This document shows positions 38,444 through 48,460 of a stretch of 64,000 bases of DNA, piece after piece. The position numbers were made by a program, and so were the translations under genes. The stretch is from IMG/VR virus record IMGVR_UViG_3300021399_003927, positions 32,001 through 96,000 of that record. The stretch is one strand, 5' to 3'. Origin of the DNA: a virus. Lineage: Duplodnaviria > Caudoviricetes. The notes beneath the pieces were generated by a model. That model saw only the letters and a program-made list of their open reading frames with translations, did no database searches and was not told the DNA's origin. The number at the start of each line of letters is the position of its first letter. Within the stretch, counting starts at the first letter, position 1.

Positions 38444-39057
38444 GATTCTTTTCTTTTTCTAAAAGATGTCTTCAAATCAAAACCGTGAGCTAATATTTTA
38501 CCTTCGTTGGTTTGTGTTTTCACACCCTCTGGAGAACCAAATAAATCACAGAAACAGTCATGTTTAAACACATTTATTTCTTTCTCATCATATTTATTTT
38601 CATGTAAAAAAGCAACGATGTTATTCATCACCTTTTCCAAATCACTAATGAGGTGGTCTTCAATTCCGTTTCCAATCAAATCCCAAGGTCTAATTTCATG
38701 ACCTATTGAAGTGTTATTCCTATTTGTTAAATAACTTATTTCATAGTAGCCACCTTGAAAGTTTATCCTATACACCTTTCTAATGCCTTCCTCTTGGTAT
38801 TTTTTCTTATTGTTTAAAGAACTTTCGCTTTTGTAGTAGTAAAAGCCCAAAGGAGAGAGACATTTCAAATTCCTTCCACCTTTACCTACACGGCTAATAA
38901 CTCTTTCATCACGGACAATTTCTTCTCCCTTTTGAAAGGTAATGGCATTGCTATATATAAATTGAGCATTAATTGTGGGGTTTTCTACTTTCTGTACAAT
39001 AACCTCACATTTACTGAACAATGTTTTCCTTTTTTCTCTTACCTTATTGTCTTTCAT
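38440..39057 (-). CDS. hypothetical protein
   Basis: C-terminal HGFDLKTSFRK. Confidence 0.65.
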   Translation of the reverse strand: MKDNKVREKRKTLFSKCEVIVQKVENPTINAQFIYSNAITFQKGEEIVRDERVISRVGKGGRNLKCLSPLGFYYYKSESSLNNKKKYQEEGIRKVYRINFQGGYYEISYLTNRNNTSIGHEIRPWDLIGNGIEDHLISDLEKVMNNIVAFLHENKYDEKEINVFKHDCFCDLFGSPEGVKTQTNEGKILAHGFDLKTSFRKRKES

Positions 39058-39266
39058 GACACGAAACTTTCAAACCAATTTTTAATAAGTTTTACAGGCC
39101 AAAAGAACATAAGGAAAACTATAAGCAGAATAGCCATAGGCTCTTCAACCTCGTCAATGTCTTTCTCATATTCGTATTCTGGTTTATATTCATCATTCCA
39201 CCACACTAGTGCTAGAACCAAACCTATTATAAAATAAGCTATTAATATAACTTGACCTACACTCAT
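39054..39266 (-). CDS. membrane protein
   Basis: Start MSVGQ; two hydrophobic helices. Confidence 0.55.
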   Translation of the reverse strand: MSVGQVILIAYFIIGLVLALVWWNDEYKPEYEYEKDIDEVEEPMAILLIVFLMFFWPVKLIKNWFESFVS

Positions 39267-39289
39267 AACAATAAAAACTAAATTAACAG

Positions 39290-39374
39290 CTCGCAGGGTG
39301 CGATTCGAACACACGGTAGCGTAAGCTACGACAGTTTTGGAGACTGCTGGGTTAAACCACTCCCCCACCTGCGA
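39290..39374 (-). tRNA. tRNA(CCA) with Ser-like class II body
   Basis: GCAGT-CTCCAAA-ACTGT, long variable arm, G73. Confidence 0.8.
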
Positions 39375-39380
39375 ATGTTG

Positions 39381-39454
39381 TGGACCGTAAGGGATTCGAA
39401 CCCTTCCTATAGGCTTGCAAAGCCCACGTGCTAGCCAACTATCACTAACAGCCC
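39381..39454 (-). tRNA. tRNA-Ala(TGC)
   Basis: G3:U70. Confidence 0.9.
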
Positions 39455-39471
39455 AAATTGCAGTCTATGAT

Positions 39472-39753
39472 TTAGTTCAAATACCCATGTTCAATAAGGT
39501 ATTTTTCACCTTTCTTTGTAGCATGGTACTTTGTTCTTATTATCTCTCCATACCTCTGTCTGTATTCCTTTGTACGATACTTATGCCTATCGGCAACCTT
39601 TTCAATGATAAAGTTTTTCCTAATCAGCATTTCGATTGAAAAACTAATACCATAATCGGAAATCGTCTTCAAATATGGGAGTTGTTCTACCTCACCATAA
39701 GACATCGGCATTGCATGTATGCTAGCTAATATTTTTTCAGTCACTTCTAACAT
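39472..39753 (-). CDS. hypothetical winged-helix-like protein
   Basis: Start MLEVT; YHATKKG. Confidence 0.45.
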   Translation of the reverse strand: MLEVTEKILASIHAMPMSYGEVEQLPYLKTISDYGISFSIEMLIRKNFIIEKVADRHKYRTKEYRQRYGEIIRTKYHATKKGEKYLIEHGYLN

Positions 39754-39805
39754 ATTCTGTAGTTTTTTGCAAATATACGAAAAAAAATTCATATAACAAA
39801 ATCCT

Positions 39806-40381
39806 TTAACGTATATTAACAAAATCTATTGCCAATATGTCTTTATCCGTTCCTTTTTTAAGTGTCTTTTTGTTATTCAATTTGGCAAACAACCAAGGAA
39901 ACCAATCATCAATTATCTTAGGGTCTTGAACTGACGAATATACAGCCTCCTCAGTTGGCTCATACTCATACTTATAGTCAAATTCCCAATTGTAAAGATT
40001 CCTACCACAATAGAATTTTATATTAGGAAACCTAACTTCCATAGCTTGACAGAAATCCTTGAATCTTTCAACGCTTTCTTTAGTATATTGTTTTTTGTTC
40101 CTTGCCTCATGCAACACCCTAACAATACACCCATTATCATTCATGAACTCCAAATGCTTCATTAAAGTCATGTAGTTAATGTCAAATTGAAAGAATCCAT
40201 GAGCAATTACAATTCTGCCCTTTTTGTCGAATCTTATCCTCAAATCAAAACTTCTAACACCATAATCATAATATTGGTGATATATTGAAGCTTTTTGGCA
40301 TCTAGCCATAAATCTAAATGGTCTTAACCACCATTTCTCTGGTCTTAAATATGACCACGAATTGTGAGATTGTAATATCAT
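39806..40381 (-). CDS. PI-PLC X-domain-like phosphodiesterase
   Basis: SHNS, GVRSFDLRI, AHG. Confidence 0.7.
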   Translation of the reverse strand: MILQSHNSWSYLRPEKWWLRPFRFMARCQKASIYHQYYDYGVRSFDLRIRFDKKGRIVIAHGFFQFDINYMTLMKHLEFMNDNGCIVRVLHEARNKKQYTKESVERFKDFCQAMEVRFPNIKFYCGRNLYNWEFDYKYEYEPTEEAVYSSVQDPKIIDDWFPWLFAKLNNKKTLKKGTDKDILAIDFVNIR

Positions 40382-40401
40382 TTGCTTTCCATTTATATTA
40401 G

Positions 40402-40473
40402 AGGCTTCACCCAGAATTGAACTGAGAACTAATCCATACCACAGACTTGTTTTACCATTGCTACTATGAAGCC
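40402..40473 (-). tRNA. tRNA-Thr(GGT), atypical
   Basis: AGTCT-GTGGTAT-GGATT. Confidence 0.65.
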
Positions 40474-40478
40474 ATTTG

Positions 40479-40550
40479 AGCTGGTGATGGGGGTCGAACC
40501 CACAGCCTGATGATTACAAATCACCTGCACAACCATCGTGCTCCACCAGC
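40479..40550 (-). tRNA. tRNA-Thr(TGT)
   Basis: Cloverleaf. Confidence 0.9.
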
Positions 40551-40556
40551 ATGTAA

Positions 40557-40687
40557 GGGTACATAAAACCAACATTTCAACCCCTCCAAGTTTAAATAAA
40601 TATTTGCGGAGGGGGTAGGAATCGAACCTACGTTACACAAATTGACAGTCTGCTTGAAGTGTAAATTTAAACTTGCTGTGTGTACCC
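40557..40687 (-). ncRNA. CAGCA-scaffold RNA with circularly permuted tRNA-Asp(GTC)
   Basis: Anticodon arm, T arm and CCCCTCC come before GGAGGGG and the D-5' strand; opened in the D-loop. Confidence 0.85.
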
Positions 40688-40694
40688 ACTTTTG

Positions 40695-40767
40695 AGCCTT
40701 GTGTCGGAATCGAACCAACGACATTCACGTTACGAAGGTGACGCTCTACCGACTGAGCTAACAAGGC
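40695..40767 (-). tRNA. tRNA-Thr(CGT)
   Basis: Cloverleaf. Confidence 0.9.
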
Positions 40768-41075
40768 ATTAACTTTAATGCGTCACATAAAATAAGACCC
40801 ATATTAATTGTATAAACAACCCTATCAACGCTAATGTCTTCTAAATACCCAAATATATTACCATTCAAATAATATTTTATATCACGTTCTAAATTTGTTG
40901 CTTCTGATTTATGCATTTTACCAACAACACCAAATTCTACTGTAAACGAATCATGCCCACCTTTCGTATTTTCAAGATATACGTGGTCTAAACACTTGAA
41001 TTTAACCACAACACTATCAGTAGTATTAATGTGTCTGTTTTCTGTTTGTACTATTTCATCAAAACTAACTTTTTG

Positions 41076-41147
41076 TTCTCCCAGAGGATTCTGCCACCTC
41101 GACCCCATGTTTAAGAGACACGTGCTCTACTTCTGAGCTATGGGAGA
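41076..41147 (-). tRNA. tRNA-Lys(CTT) with aberrant T-loop
   Basis: CGTGT-CTCTTAA-ACATG. Confidence 0.7.
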
Positions 41148-41154
41148 AAATTAG

Positions 41155-41229
41155 TGCGCCTAGTGGGAGTCGAACCCACGTAGTCACAGATTAAAAGTCT
41201 GGTGCATAAAGCCACTCTGCCATAAGCGC
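41155..41229 (-). tRNA. tRNA-Lys(TTT)
   Basis: Cloverleaf. Confidence 0.9.
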
Positions 41230-41237
41230 AAATATTG

Positions 41238-41310
41238 TGCGCTCAGAGGGATTCGAACCCTCGCCCCACAGGTTAAAAGCCTGTTGCTCTACCAACTGAG
41301 CTATGAGCGC
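41238..41310 (-). tRNA. tRNA-Lys(TTT)
   Basis: Cloverleaf. Confidence 0.92.
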
Positions 41311-41338
41311 AATTTCTACTATTTTACCTATAGTTAAA

Positions 41339-41372
41339 AGAGGCCGCAGCTCTACCGTTAAGCTATAGGAGC
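41339..41372 (-). pseudogene. orphan tRNA 5' half
   Basis: GCTCCTA-TA-GCTT-AACGGTA-GAGC-T-GCGGC-CTCT with no 3' half downstream. Confidence 0.65.
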
Positions 41373-41514
41373 AATTATCTATACCTTATTCATAACGCTC
41401 CTAGTCCAACGGTGTTGGTACTCGACAGAGCGTTACATCTGTTTACGTTTTATGCACTTTATCTTTCTCATACGTTTATTTGTTTTTTTTTTTTAATCTT
41501 CAACTTCTTCTTTT

Positions 41515-41760
41515 TTACTTAATTTTGATTAGTGTGTCGTTTTCATTGGCTCTCCTAATCCACCTCATAAGAAGCACACCCTTCTCTGTAGGCTTGAATG
41601 CAGCAGTCTCACCGACATCATGTTTGTCTGAAAGGTCTATCTCTAACTGATACTTATTGCCATCAACATCAAAGATGTGATAAACTGCAATACCTCCAGA
41701 CATGATATACTGCAACTTAGCGATTCCTTTAACAATCGGTTTAATATCTTGTACTACCAT
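41515..41760 (-). CDS. hypothetical protein
   Basis: 81-aa ORF. Confidence 0.6.
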   Translation of the reverse strand: MVVQDIKPIVKGIAKLQYIMSGGIAVYHIFDVDGNKYQLEIDLSDKHDVGETAAFKPTEKGVLLMRWIRRANENDTLIKIK

Positions 41761-41762
41761 TT

Positions 41763-42071
41763 TTACTTCTTTTTCTTATATTTATTAAGTTCATTTAAGA
41801 ACATTTCCTTAGTGTTTAAATTATCCAATTCATACTCCTTCTTTTTTTCACTGTATGTGTTTAAATCCCACGCGCCTATGACAAAATTAAGTGCTGCCAA
41901 TATGAATTGACCACATAAAGCACAACCTATGGCAACTAAAGTAGCACCTATGGTCATAAACAACCAACCAAGAACAACCTTTTTTTGGTCAATATTCATC
42001 GTAAGAGATAGACCACAAAGGATGAACACTAGACATAATACTGAAAAAATCGAACCAATAATTGAAATCAT
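41763..42071 (-). CDS. membrane protein
   Basis: Hydrophobic helices. Confidence 0.55.
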   Translation of the reverse strand: MISIIGSIFSVLCLVFILCGLSLTMNIDQKKVVLGWLFMTIGATLVAIGCALCGQFILAALNFVIGAWDLNTYSEKKKEYELDNLNTKEMFLNELNKYKKKK

Positions 42072-42093
42072 AACACTTAGTTTTAAAATTATG

Positions 42094-42179
42094 CGGAGGG
42101 GCAGGAATTCGAATCCTATACCCTAATGGGTACGTTCTGATTAGCAGTCAGACCCAGTTCCTTTCTGGTTGCGCCCTCC
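42094..42179 (-). tRNA. tRNA-Ser(GCT)
   Basis: Class II cloverleaf, G73. Confidence 0.85.
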
Positions 42180-42326
42180 TTTATATTTTCTACTATTATA
42201 CGCCACTATTTAAATACTTACATTCCACTATCTCGTACAACTGTAAAGAATACCTTGATAAATGATATATTCCATCGTTGCCTACGATAACTTCTTCAAG
42301 TAATTAGCTTGATGTTTCCTTCAGTA

Positions 42327-42620
42327 TTATAATGTTCCATTAAATTCTATACTTTTAATATTAGCCCTTTCTAGTGTCACATAAAGATTTTCCTTGTGCA
42401 AATGACTTGGCGAACTAATTACCCATCTATGTTGTTCAATTACTAAATCAACTGAATCATTATTGAATTTTGCCTTTATTATTTTATCGTCAGCAAATGA
42501 ATGGCATAACAAATTCCACCTATTATAGAATTCTCCATTAACTTCTACAGATTCAAACAAATCAATTCGATAAGTTTCATTAATTCTTCTCTTCCAGTCA
42601 TTCCAAAATTTTTTAGTCAT
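42327..42620 (-). CDS. hypothetical protein
   Basis: 97-aa ORF. Confidence 0.55.
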   Translation of the reverse strand: MTKKFWNDWKRRINETYRIDLFESVEVNGEFYNRWNLLCHSFADDKIIKAKFNNDSVDLVIEQHRWVISSPSHLHKENLYVTLERANIKSIEFNGTL

Positions 42621-42649
42621 TTTATATCAACCGCCACCAACTATATTTG

Positions 42650-43024
42650 TTACTCCCCTAATGTTGGAAGGGATGCTTTTCTTATCATTGTCGGCATAAG
42701 TGGGTCATCAGTTCTTTCAAACCCAAATTTCTTATAGAAAGCAACCAAACCGCTTACAGTTCTATGATTGATACTTTCATCCACTCTTGGCATAGGTACT
42801 ACGTTTAGACGTAATTCATAACCTTTAAAGTCTTCAATCATCTTGTTCAACATAGAGGTTGCTATACCATTTCCACAAGCTGATAGGTTAGTTATGACAT
42901 ATATAATTTTAGCAACTTTTCCATCGACATATACGCCCAACTTGCCTATTCTGTTGTCGTTATTGTCAAAAGCATTAACATAATAATAGTCTTTGCCTCT
43001 TTTAACTTGTAGTTTATACTCCAT
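42650..43024 (-). CDS. GNAT acetyltransferase
   Basis: CGNGIA and FYKKFGF. Confidence 0.8.
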   Translation of the reverse strand: MEYKLQVKRGKDYYYVNAFDNNDNRIGKLGVYVDGKVAKIIYVITNLSACGNGIATSMLNKMIEDFKGYELRLNVVPMPRVDESINHRTVSGLVAFYKKFGFERTDDPLMPTMIRKASLPTLGE

Positions 43025-43030
43025 AACTAT

Positions 43031-43831
43031 TTAAATATTTTGCAAATTGTTTAATATATGTTCTTTCCAATAATTTCTTCTAGTGCTGTTTTTATTTTTT
43101 GACTTAAATGTGTCTAACTGACTATCACAATTAGGACATATCATCCGCAAATTTTCTCTTTTGTTGTTAGAAGCATCACCATCAATATGGTCTAGTACAA
43201 ATACTAACGGTTTACCATTATGTTCTGGTTTACCTCCACATATTGGGCATATACCACCTTGTTCCTTTAAGAATTCTTTTTTAAAAGCTTTTGGTGTATA
43301 ATTTCCTCTACAGTATTTATTGTTATTTTCTAGAAAATCTTTATAAGATTCTCTATGCCTATGTTCTGCAACACATTTTTCAGAACAATATTTAGCATCT
43401 TTTACTGTAGTTTCAAAATATTTTCCACAAACAACACATTTTTTTGTATATTTAATTAATTTCTTTTCTTTTTTAATGTGTTCTTTTTTCGTTTTCTTTA
43501 ACTTACTAGCAATACCATCATAAACAGATTTATCCCTATGTTCATTGTTATACTTCGCAGCACAAGAACGGCAACAAAATTCCTTACCCCATTTATTAGT
43601 AATTTCTTTTCCGCATTGCTTACAATATTTAATTATTTTTTTCTTTTTATAAGTATCTAAATCAAATCCAACTGACGTTGCAATTTCTTTCAAATATTCA
43701 GAACCTTGTTTATTATCGCTTATTCCGAAATATTCATGTGCTTGATTTTTGCTAGTAAAACTATCAAATTTATCAAAGACCTCTTTCTTTTTTTCTTCTG
43801 TACTAATGTCAATAATCTTTCTTTTCCTCAT
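43031..43831 (-). CDS. HNH endonuclease with Zn-finger repeats
   Basis: CKQCG, CPICG, DHIDGD, NLRMICPNC. Confidence 0.88.
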   Translation of the reverse strand: MRKRKIIDISTEEKKKEVFDKFDSFTSKNQAHEYFGISDNKQGSEYLKEIATSVGFDLDTYKKKKIIKYCKQCGKEITNKWGKEFCCRSCAAKYNNEHRDKSVYDGIASKLKKTKKEHIKKEKKLIKYTKKCVVCGKYFETTVKDAKYCSEKCVAEHRHRESYKDFLENNNKYCRGNYTPKAFKKEFLKEQGGICPICGGKPEHNGKPLVFVLDHIDGDASNNKRENLRMICPNCDSQLDTFKSKNKNSTRRNYWKEHILNNLQNI

Positions 43832-43920
43832 AATTAAATGTATTATATATAATATATAATACTTTTTGCGGAAAAATCAAGGTTTTGACCAAACTTTTTT
43901 TTGTTTTTTTTTTTGAAATG

Positions 43921-44015
43921 CGGTGGGAGTAGGATTCGAACCCACGCTCCGATATATCTCAACCGAACTAAGAGATTTCAAGTCTCCCCCCTTATAACCA
44001 CTTGGGTATCCCACC
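43921..44015 (-). tRNA. tRNA-Ser(TGA)
   Basis: Class II cloverleaf. Confidence 0.9.
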
Positions 44016-44262
44016 AAAATAAAGGAATATACTAGCGAATCGTGTGTTGTATTTCACTCCACGTCTTTGACCACTACCATTTCGTCTACCATACTTTCAC
44101 ATGTTTGGAATAATTAGATAATCAGTAATAACGACTATAGTCTCCTGAAGTTTGTCCATCTAATCCATGTTATTCATACAGCCTACTCTTTCATTTGTAA
44201 TTTAATACAGATGATACTCTATGCATCACGAACTTACTGTTCTTCCGACCTTTATTCCTTTG

Positions 44263-44335
44263 TGGAGCTGAAGAGAATCGAACTCTCCCACGAACCTTGC
44301 AAAAGTCCATCGCCAGCCTTGGAACATGCAACCCC
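44263..44335 (-). tRNA. tRNA-Ala(TGC), atypical D arm
   Basis: G3:U70; loop TTTGCAA. Confidence 0.75.
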
Positions 44336-44474
44336 AAGCAATGCACAGCAGCAGTATCGTTGGCTTAGTGCGTCCTTACGGCTAGGTAAAAACCAATCCA
44401 TCATGGGGGGAACAACCCTAGCCACTCATATGTACATCTTTGAGTGTTGTTTTAGACCCACGTCTGGGTGCGTT

Positions 44475-45545
44475 CTATTTCTTGTCAAATATCACCCCAT
44501 CTGGTAAATCATTGTCTACCACTTTCTTCTCCTTGTAGTAGTCCAAATAGGCATTTCCATCGTCATTGATGATGTATTCGATGCCTCTTGAATATTCATA
44601 GGTAGATGCAACACCTTGCAGCATAAAGAAGAAAAATCCATCCTTATCTACTAGTCGCAACCAATGGGAATCATTTGTATTTTCCTCTTGTATGATTTTG
44701 TACTTGTCCGTTGCCTTTACCTTTTCTATGTATTTGTTGAAAGTTGGGGCAAACTTACCAGTTGCACAATCACCTCTGAAACGAACAGATTCAAACCCTA
44801 TTTTCTTAGCCCATTCGACAAAATTCTCAACGAATGTAGGAAAGTTCTCAATTTCCTTATACACAACACTCACTGCTGATGTTGTTATGTTTCTGTCAAG
44901 AAGCTGTACTATCAAGCTAGTAAGCTCTTCGTCTGTCGGAATTCTCCAAGTGTTAAATATCTCTCTTCGTGCATCTAAATTATAATGATGAATTGAAATA
45001 TTTACATAGTTAACCACGCCAATTAATGAATCTAAAACTTCATTCAGCTTATATCCATTTGTGGTAAGGGTCACTCTGTTAATTTTATCCAACCATTTAG
45101 AGTTTTTTAGCCTCCTTAACACTTTCCTTAACAAGTCTGGATTGAACGTTGGTTCATTTCCAGTTATGTCAAGACTAATTGGCTGTTTGCCGTATACTCT
45201 ATCAACCACATCGCCAAGAGAATCAATAAATCTGCTCAAGAATAAGTCATAGTCATGCTCCATGTTCTTATATCCGTTCATAAAACAAAACTCACACTTT
45301 GCTTGGCAGAAAGATGGGATTATCAACTTAATTGAAACCACATTCTCATAGTCAACTCTTACGTTGTAATTGTCAAGTACCCATAAATGCCATTTTGCAG
45401 CATTCACAACATTTTCATTCTCATGCTTTAGAAGAGATTCAACATAACCTCTGTCCAAGGTAAAATCCTTTTTCAGCTTATGGTATATGTCTGTCCATTT
45501 CTCCCTTTTGTGTTCTAAAATTGTCTTTTTGACATCTTTCCACAT
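44475..45545 (-). CDS. radical SAM protein
   Basis: CQAKCEFC, TGNEPT, TTNG. Confidence 0.88.
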   Translation of the reverse strand: MWKDVKKTILEHKREKWTDIYHKLKKDFTLDRGYVESLLKHENENVVNAAKWHLWVLDNYNVRVDYENVVSIKLIIPSFCQAKCEFCFMNGYKNMEHDYDLFLSRFIDSLGDVVDRVYGKQPISLDITGNEPTFNPDLLRKVLRRLKNSKWLDKINRVTLTTNGYKLNEVLDSLIGVVNYVNISIHHYNLDARREIFNTWRIPTDEELTSLIVQLLDRNITTSAVSVVYKEIENFPTFVENFVEWAKKIGFESVRFRGDCATGKFAPTFNKYIEKVKATDKYKIIQEENTNDSHWLRLVDKDGFFFFMLQGVASTYEYSRGIEYIINDDGNAYLDYYKEKKVVDNDLPDGVIFDKK

Positions 45546-45575
45546 ACTACTGAGTTATTAATTGATGAAACATTG

Positions 45576-45646
45576 CGGAGGTAGAGGGAATCGAACCCAC
45601 ACCTAATGGTTAACAGCCACTTGCTCGACCTTCGAGCTACACCTCC
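45576..45646 (-). tRNA. tRNA-Asn(GTT)
   Basis: Cloverleaf. Confidence 0.85.
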
Positions 45647-45653
45647 AATTTTG

Positions 45654-45731
45654 TGGATGCAATAGGATTCGAACCTATGTTTTTTTACCATTGTATATGG
45701 TCACTCCCCAGAGGAGTCCTTACACGCATCC
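45654..45731 (-). ncRNA. atypical tRNA-like RNA (TAC)
   Basis: Acceptor and T arm intact; non-canonical D arm; ACCA-TATACAA-TGGT. Confidence 0.55.
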
Positions 45732-45949
45732 ATATTTAGTCATTACAAAAATGTACCCAATAGGTATCATCTTTAATATCCTTTAAAACTTTTTTCCTAT
45801 CCCAATTATGTAGTATACATAATTTCCATAACATTTTTTTAGATAAAGGATTTATACACCCAAAAGGTGTAGTTCCAATAAGAGAATTTAACACCTCAAT
45901 ATGCTTTGTGTTACGTATTTTATGCATAGTTATTATAATTTCAATTTTG

Positions 45950-46021
45950 CAGTGACGATGGGATTCGAACCCACGACTTTTGGTTAGACAGACCAACGCT
46001 CTACCACTGAACTACGCCACT
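45950..46021 (-). tRNA. tRNA-Asp(GTC)
   Basis: Loop CTGTCTA (U37). Confidence 0.85.
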
Positions 46022-46039
46022 ATTTGAACTAATTTTTTG

Positions 46040-46112
46040 AGCCGTGTGAGGGATTCGAACCCACGACATTCACATTACAAGGGTGACGCTCTACCAACTG
46101 AGCTAACACGGC
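46040..46112 (-). tRNA. tRNA-Thr(TGT)
   Basis: Cloverleaf. Confidence 0.9.
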
Positions 46113-46194
46113 ATTGTTAAACTAGGTCTGCACTCCCCTCGCATGCTACGTGTCGGAGTTACTTGCATTGCTGCATTTGTTGTTACCTAGTTTG

Positions 46195-46267
46195 TGGGGC
46201 TGGGTGGAGTTGAACCACCGACACGAGGATTTTCAGTCCTCTGCTCTACCACCTGAGCTACAGCCCC
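46195..46267 (-). tRNA. tRNA-Phe(GAA)
   Basis: Cloverleaf. Confidence 0.95.
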
Positions 46268-46414
46268 AATATTCATTTGTCAATTTTATCAAGAATCTCT
46301 TGAGCCAAATTTATCATCTTGCCTAATTTTCCCATTTTTTTTTGCAAATATATGATTTTTTTTTCAAATAGCCAAATTTTTTCTCCACTTTAACATACCT
46401 TAACTATAGGCACA

Positions 46415-46623
46415 TAAAAAAGCTGCTGAATACTTTTTTGAGAGTTCTTCAACAGCTTGGGAAATATATAGTGAAGTAAGTGCCTACATTAAACCTTTCA
46501 TACCTCTATATCACCGTCTAGCTGTTCTAGAACTGCGTCTGAATTAAACACAACTGTATCATTCCATTTACTATTCGCAAATGAATCAGATGTCTTAACG
46601 ATATTTTTAATAGTTGTGTTCAT
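46415..46623 (-). promoter_or_regulatory. 41-aa leader-like ORF followed by an intrinsic terminator
   Basis: ORF 46498-46623; hairpin AAGCTGTTGAA...TTCAGCAGCTT followed by a U-tract. Confidence 0.45.
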
Positions 46624-46707
46624 GATATAAAAGTTTAATTGATTTTTCTATAATTATATATTAACTCTCAAAAAGTTCTATTTTTTTGTAATTTTTTTTG
46701 TATTTTT

Positions 46708-47139
46708 TTAATTTAAGTAGTTTTCATACTTTTTGCACTTTTCTTTCACCTCATTAAAATACTGCATGGCAGCTTCATTTGAAGTAAATCTTTTATGTAC
46801 ATTGTTGTTATAATCAGAACAATACACATCGACCTCTGCTTTAAAATATACGGTGTCATTCTTTAGGAAATAATGATGCCATCCATACTTACTTTCAGCA
46901 GCATCTTTCAATTTTGCAAAACGGCACATACGGCCACTTGCTTTGTATAAGTTATGTTTCGCATGAAGTGGAATAAGAGGTATTATCCCCCAAAGTTTCC
47001 AAAAATAAATTTTTCCCTTCGGTACTGCTACCTCCATTTTTTCACCTTCTTGTACTGGAGTAAACTCTATGCTTTTAATACTTCTGTAAAAAGCTCCACC
47101 TTCTAATCTAATAGGTGCGTATGTTTCATTATTGTCCAT
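46708..47139 (-). CDS. hypothetical protein
   Basis: ORF directly after a promoter. Confidence 0.6.
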   Translation of the reverse strand: MDNNETYAPIRLEGGAFYRSIKSIEFTPVQEGEKMEVAVPKGKIYFWKLWGIIPLIPLHAKHNLYKASGRMCRFAKLKDAAESKYGWHHYFLKNDTVYFKAEVDVYCSDYNNNVHKRFTSNEAAMQYFNEVKEKCKKYENYLN

Positions 47140-47262
47140 TGTTAATATGGTTATTTAAAAATTTCACAATGCAAAGATATAAAAAATATCTTTAATTCCC
47201 AAATTTTTTCAGAAGTTTTTAAAAAAAAATTCAAAAAATTCAAGTATTTGAACTATTTTTTG

Positions 47263-47350
47263 TATAGGGGGTGGGAGTCGAACCCACAACTATCTTTCGA
47301 TAGACTGGTTTCGTAGACCAGGACGGTCATCCATTACGTTTTACCCCTAC
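47263..47350 (-). tRNA. tRNA-Arg(ACG) with long variable arm
   Basis: CTGGT-CTACGAA-ACCAG; CTATC-GAAA-GATAG arm. Confidence 0.75.
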
Positions 47351-47356
47351 ATAAAA

Positions 47357-47515
47357 AGGAACGACCAATTTTATGTCTTGGCTCGACATTCGCTCTTACT
47401 TAAGGAGCATAGGTAAGTGCCTCGCAATGATGATTTAACGCTTCTCTTACCCTTGTCTAGTCTGAATTAAAAAATGTTGTTCGTGTAAATTTTAATCAAA
47501 CTGCTGTACGTTCCT
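47357..47515 (-). ncRNA. CAGCA-scaffold RNA with multi-hairpin cargo
   Basis: GGAACGTACAGCAG...CGTTCC. Confidence 0.7.
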
Positions 47516-47558
47516 ACTGACACGCAGCTAGGCGCAACTGGGCTTCCTAGATACGATG

Positions 47559-48093
47559 TACATCCGCTGGGACTCGAACCCAGAACCTACGGCTTCGTAC
47601 TACTCTATGTTACCATAGCCAAACTTAACAATAACGTATATACGAGGCACATGTCCCCATGCATCCAACCGATGATGCGTTAAATTTGTTGTAGTCTGGA
47701 ATACATCTTTACCATATTGAAATTCTTGCGCAAGTTGAGCGTGCTTTATACGTTTACACTACTATACACGGTTGAGTATCTTATTGCCTCTCAATTTCAA
47801 CTTAGGTATCTCCTATATACTCTCTACACATTTATGAGAATCTTTCACTATCCATCTTCTTCCATTTTATTGATGGCTCTTCTCAATTTAGCACGGTATA
47901 ATCCTTACACATTATTGGTTAGTGTGTTTTTCATAAGCGATTGGGCATCTTTGTGTTCCAATGTAACTTCAACTTATTACTCTAACTTAAAAGAACTTCC
48001 ACCGTTTTAGGGAGATTCTACTATGGGATTTCTCGCCATAGCATCCAATTTTACATAGAAGGCCGTTGCTCTAATCCATTGAGCTACGGATGC
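47559..48093 (-). tRNA. tRNA-Arg(TCT) split by a group I intron
   Basis: Exons 48057-48093 and 47559-47595. Confidence 0.9.
47596..48056 (-). mobile_element. group I intron (about 461 nt) after position 36
   Basis: Core shared with the 28202 intron; IGS ATTGGA. Confidence 0.9.
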
Positions 48094-48460
48094 ATTTACA
48101 TTAACTCAATGTTGGGTCATTTTTGGGGTCGTAGTCATCGTGCAAAAAAGGCTCTGTTGGTGGAACTTCTACTGCATTGCGAAATTCATACACCATTATG
48201 CCTATAAATGCTACTAAAAACGCCAATACGATTATTCCAATTATTCTCATTTTTATTTATTTCTTTTTTTAGAATATTCTTCCAACTCTTCTTTAAAGGA
48301 TTTCATTTTTTCCTTTTTACTTGGACGTTTCTTAGGGGAAAAACAAACTAGCATAATAAGCATGTATCCCCATATAAACAAAAATAAAATAAATAGTAAC
48401 CTTCCCATAACATTTTCTATTTACGTTGCAAATATATGAAAAAAAATTGAAATAGCCAAA

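Noticed and set aside
46119-46192. Twister ribozyme or a 13th CAGCA scaffold
   Set aside because: Closed hairpin with TAACTCC...GGAG and GCAGCAA, but the twister P4/pseudoknots and the scaffold spacing do not fit
47420-47455. 16S h34-like word (CGTTAAATCATCAT) in a scaffold cargo
   Set aside because: Too short to distinguish from chance
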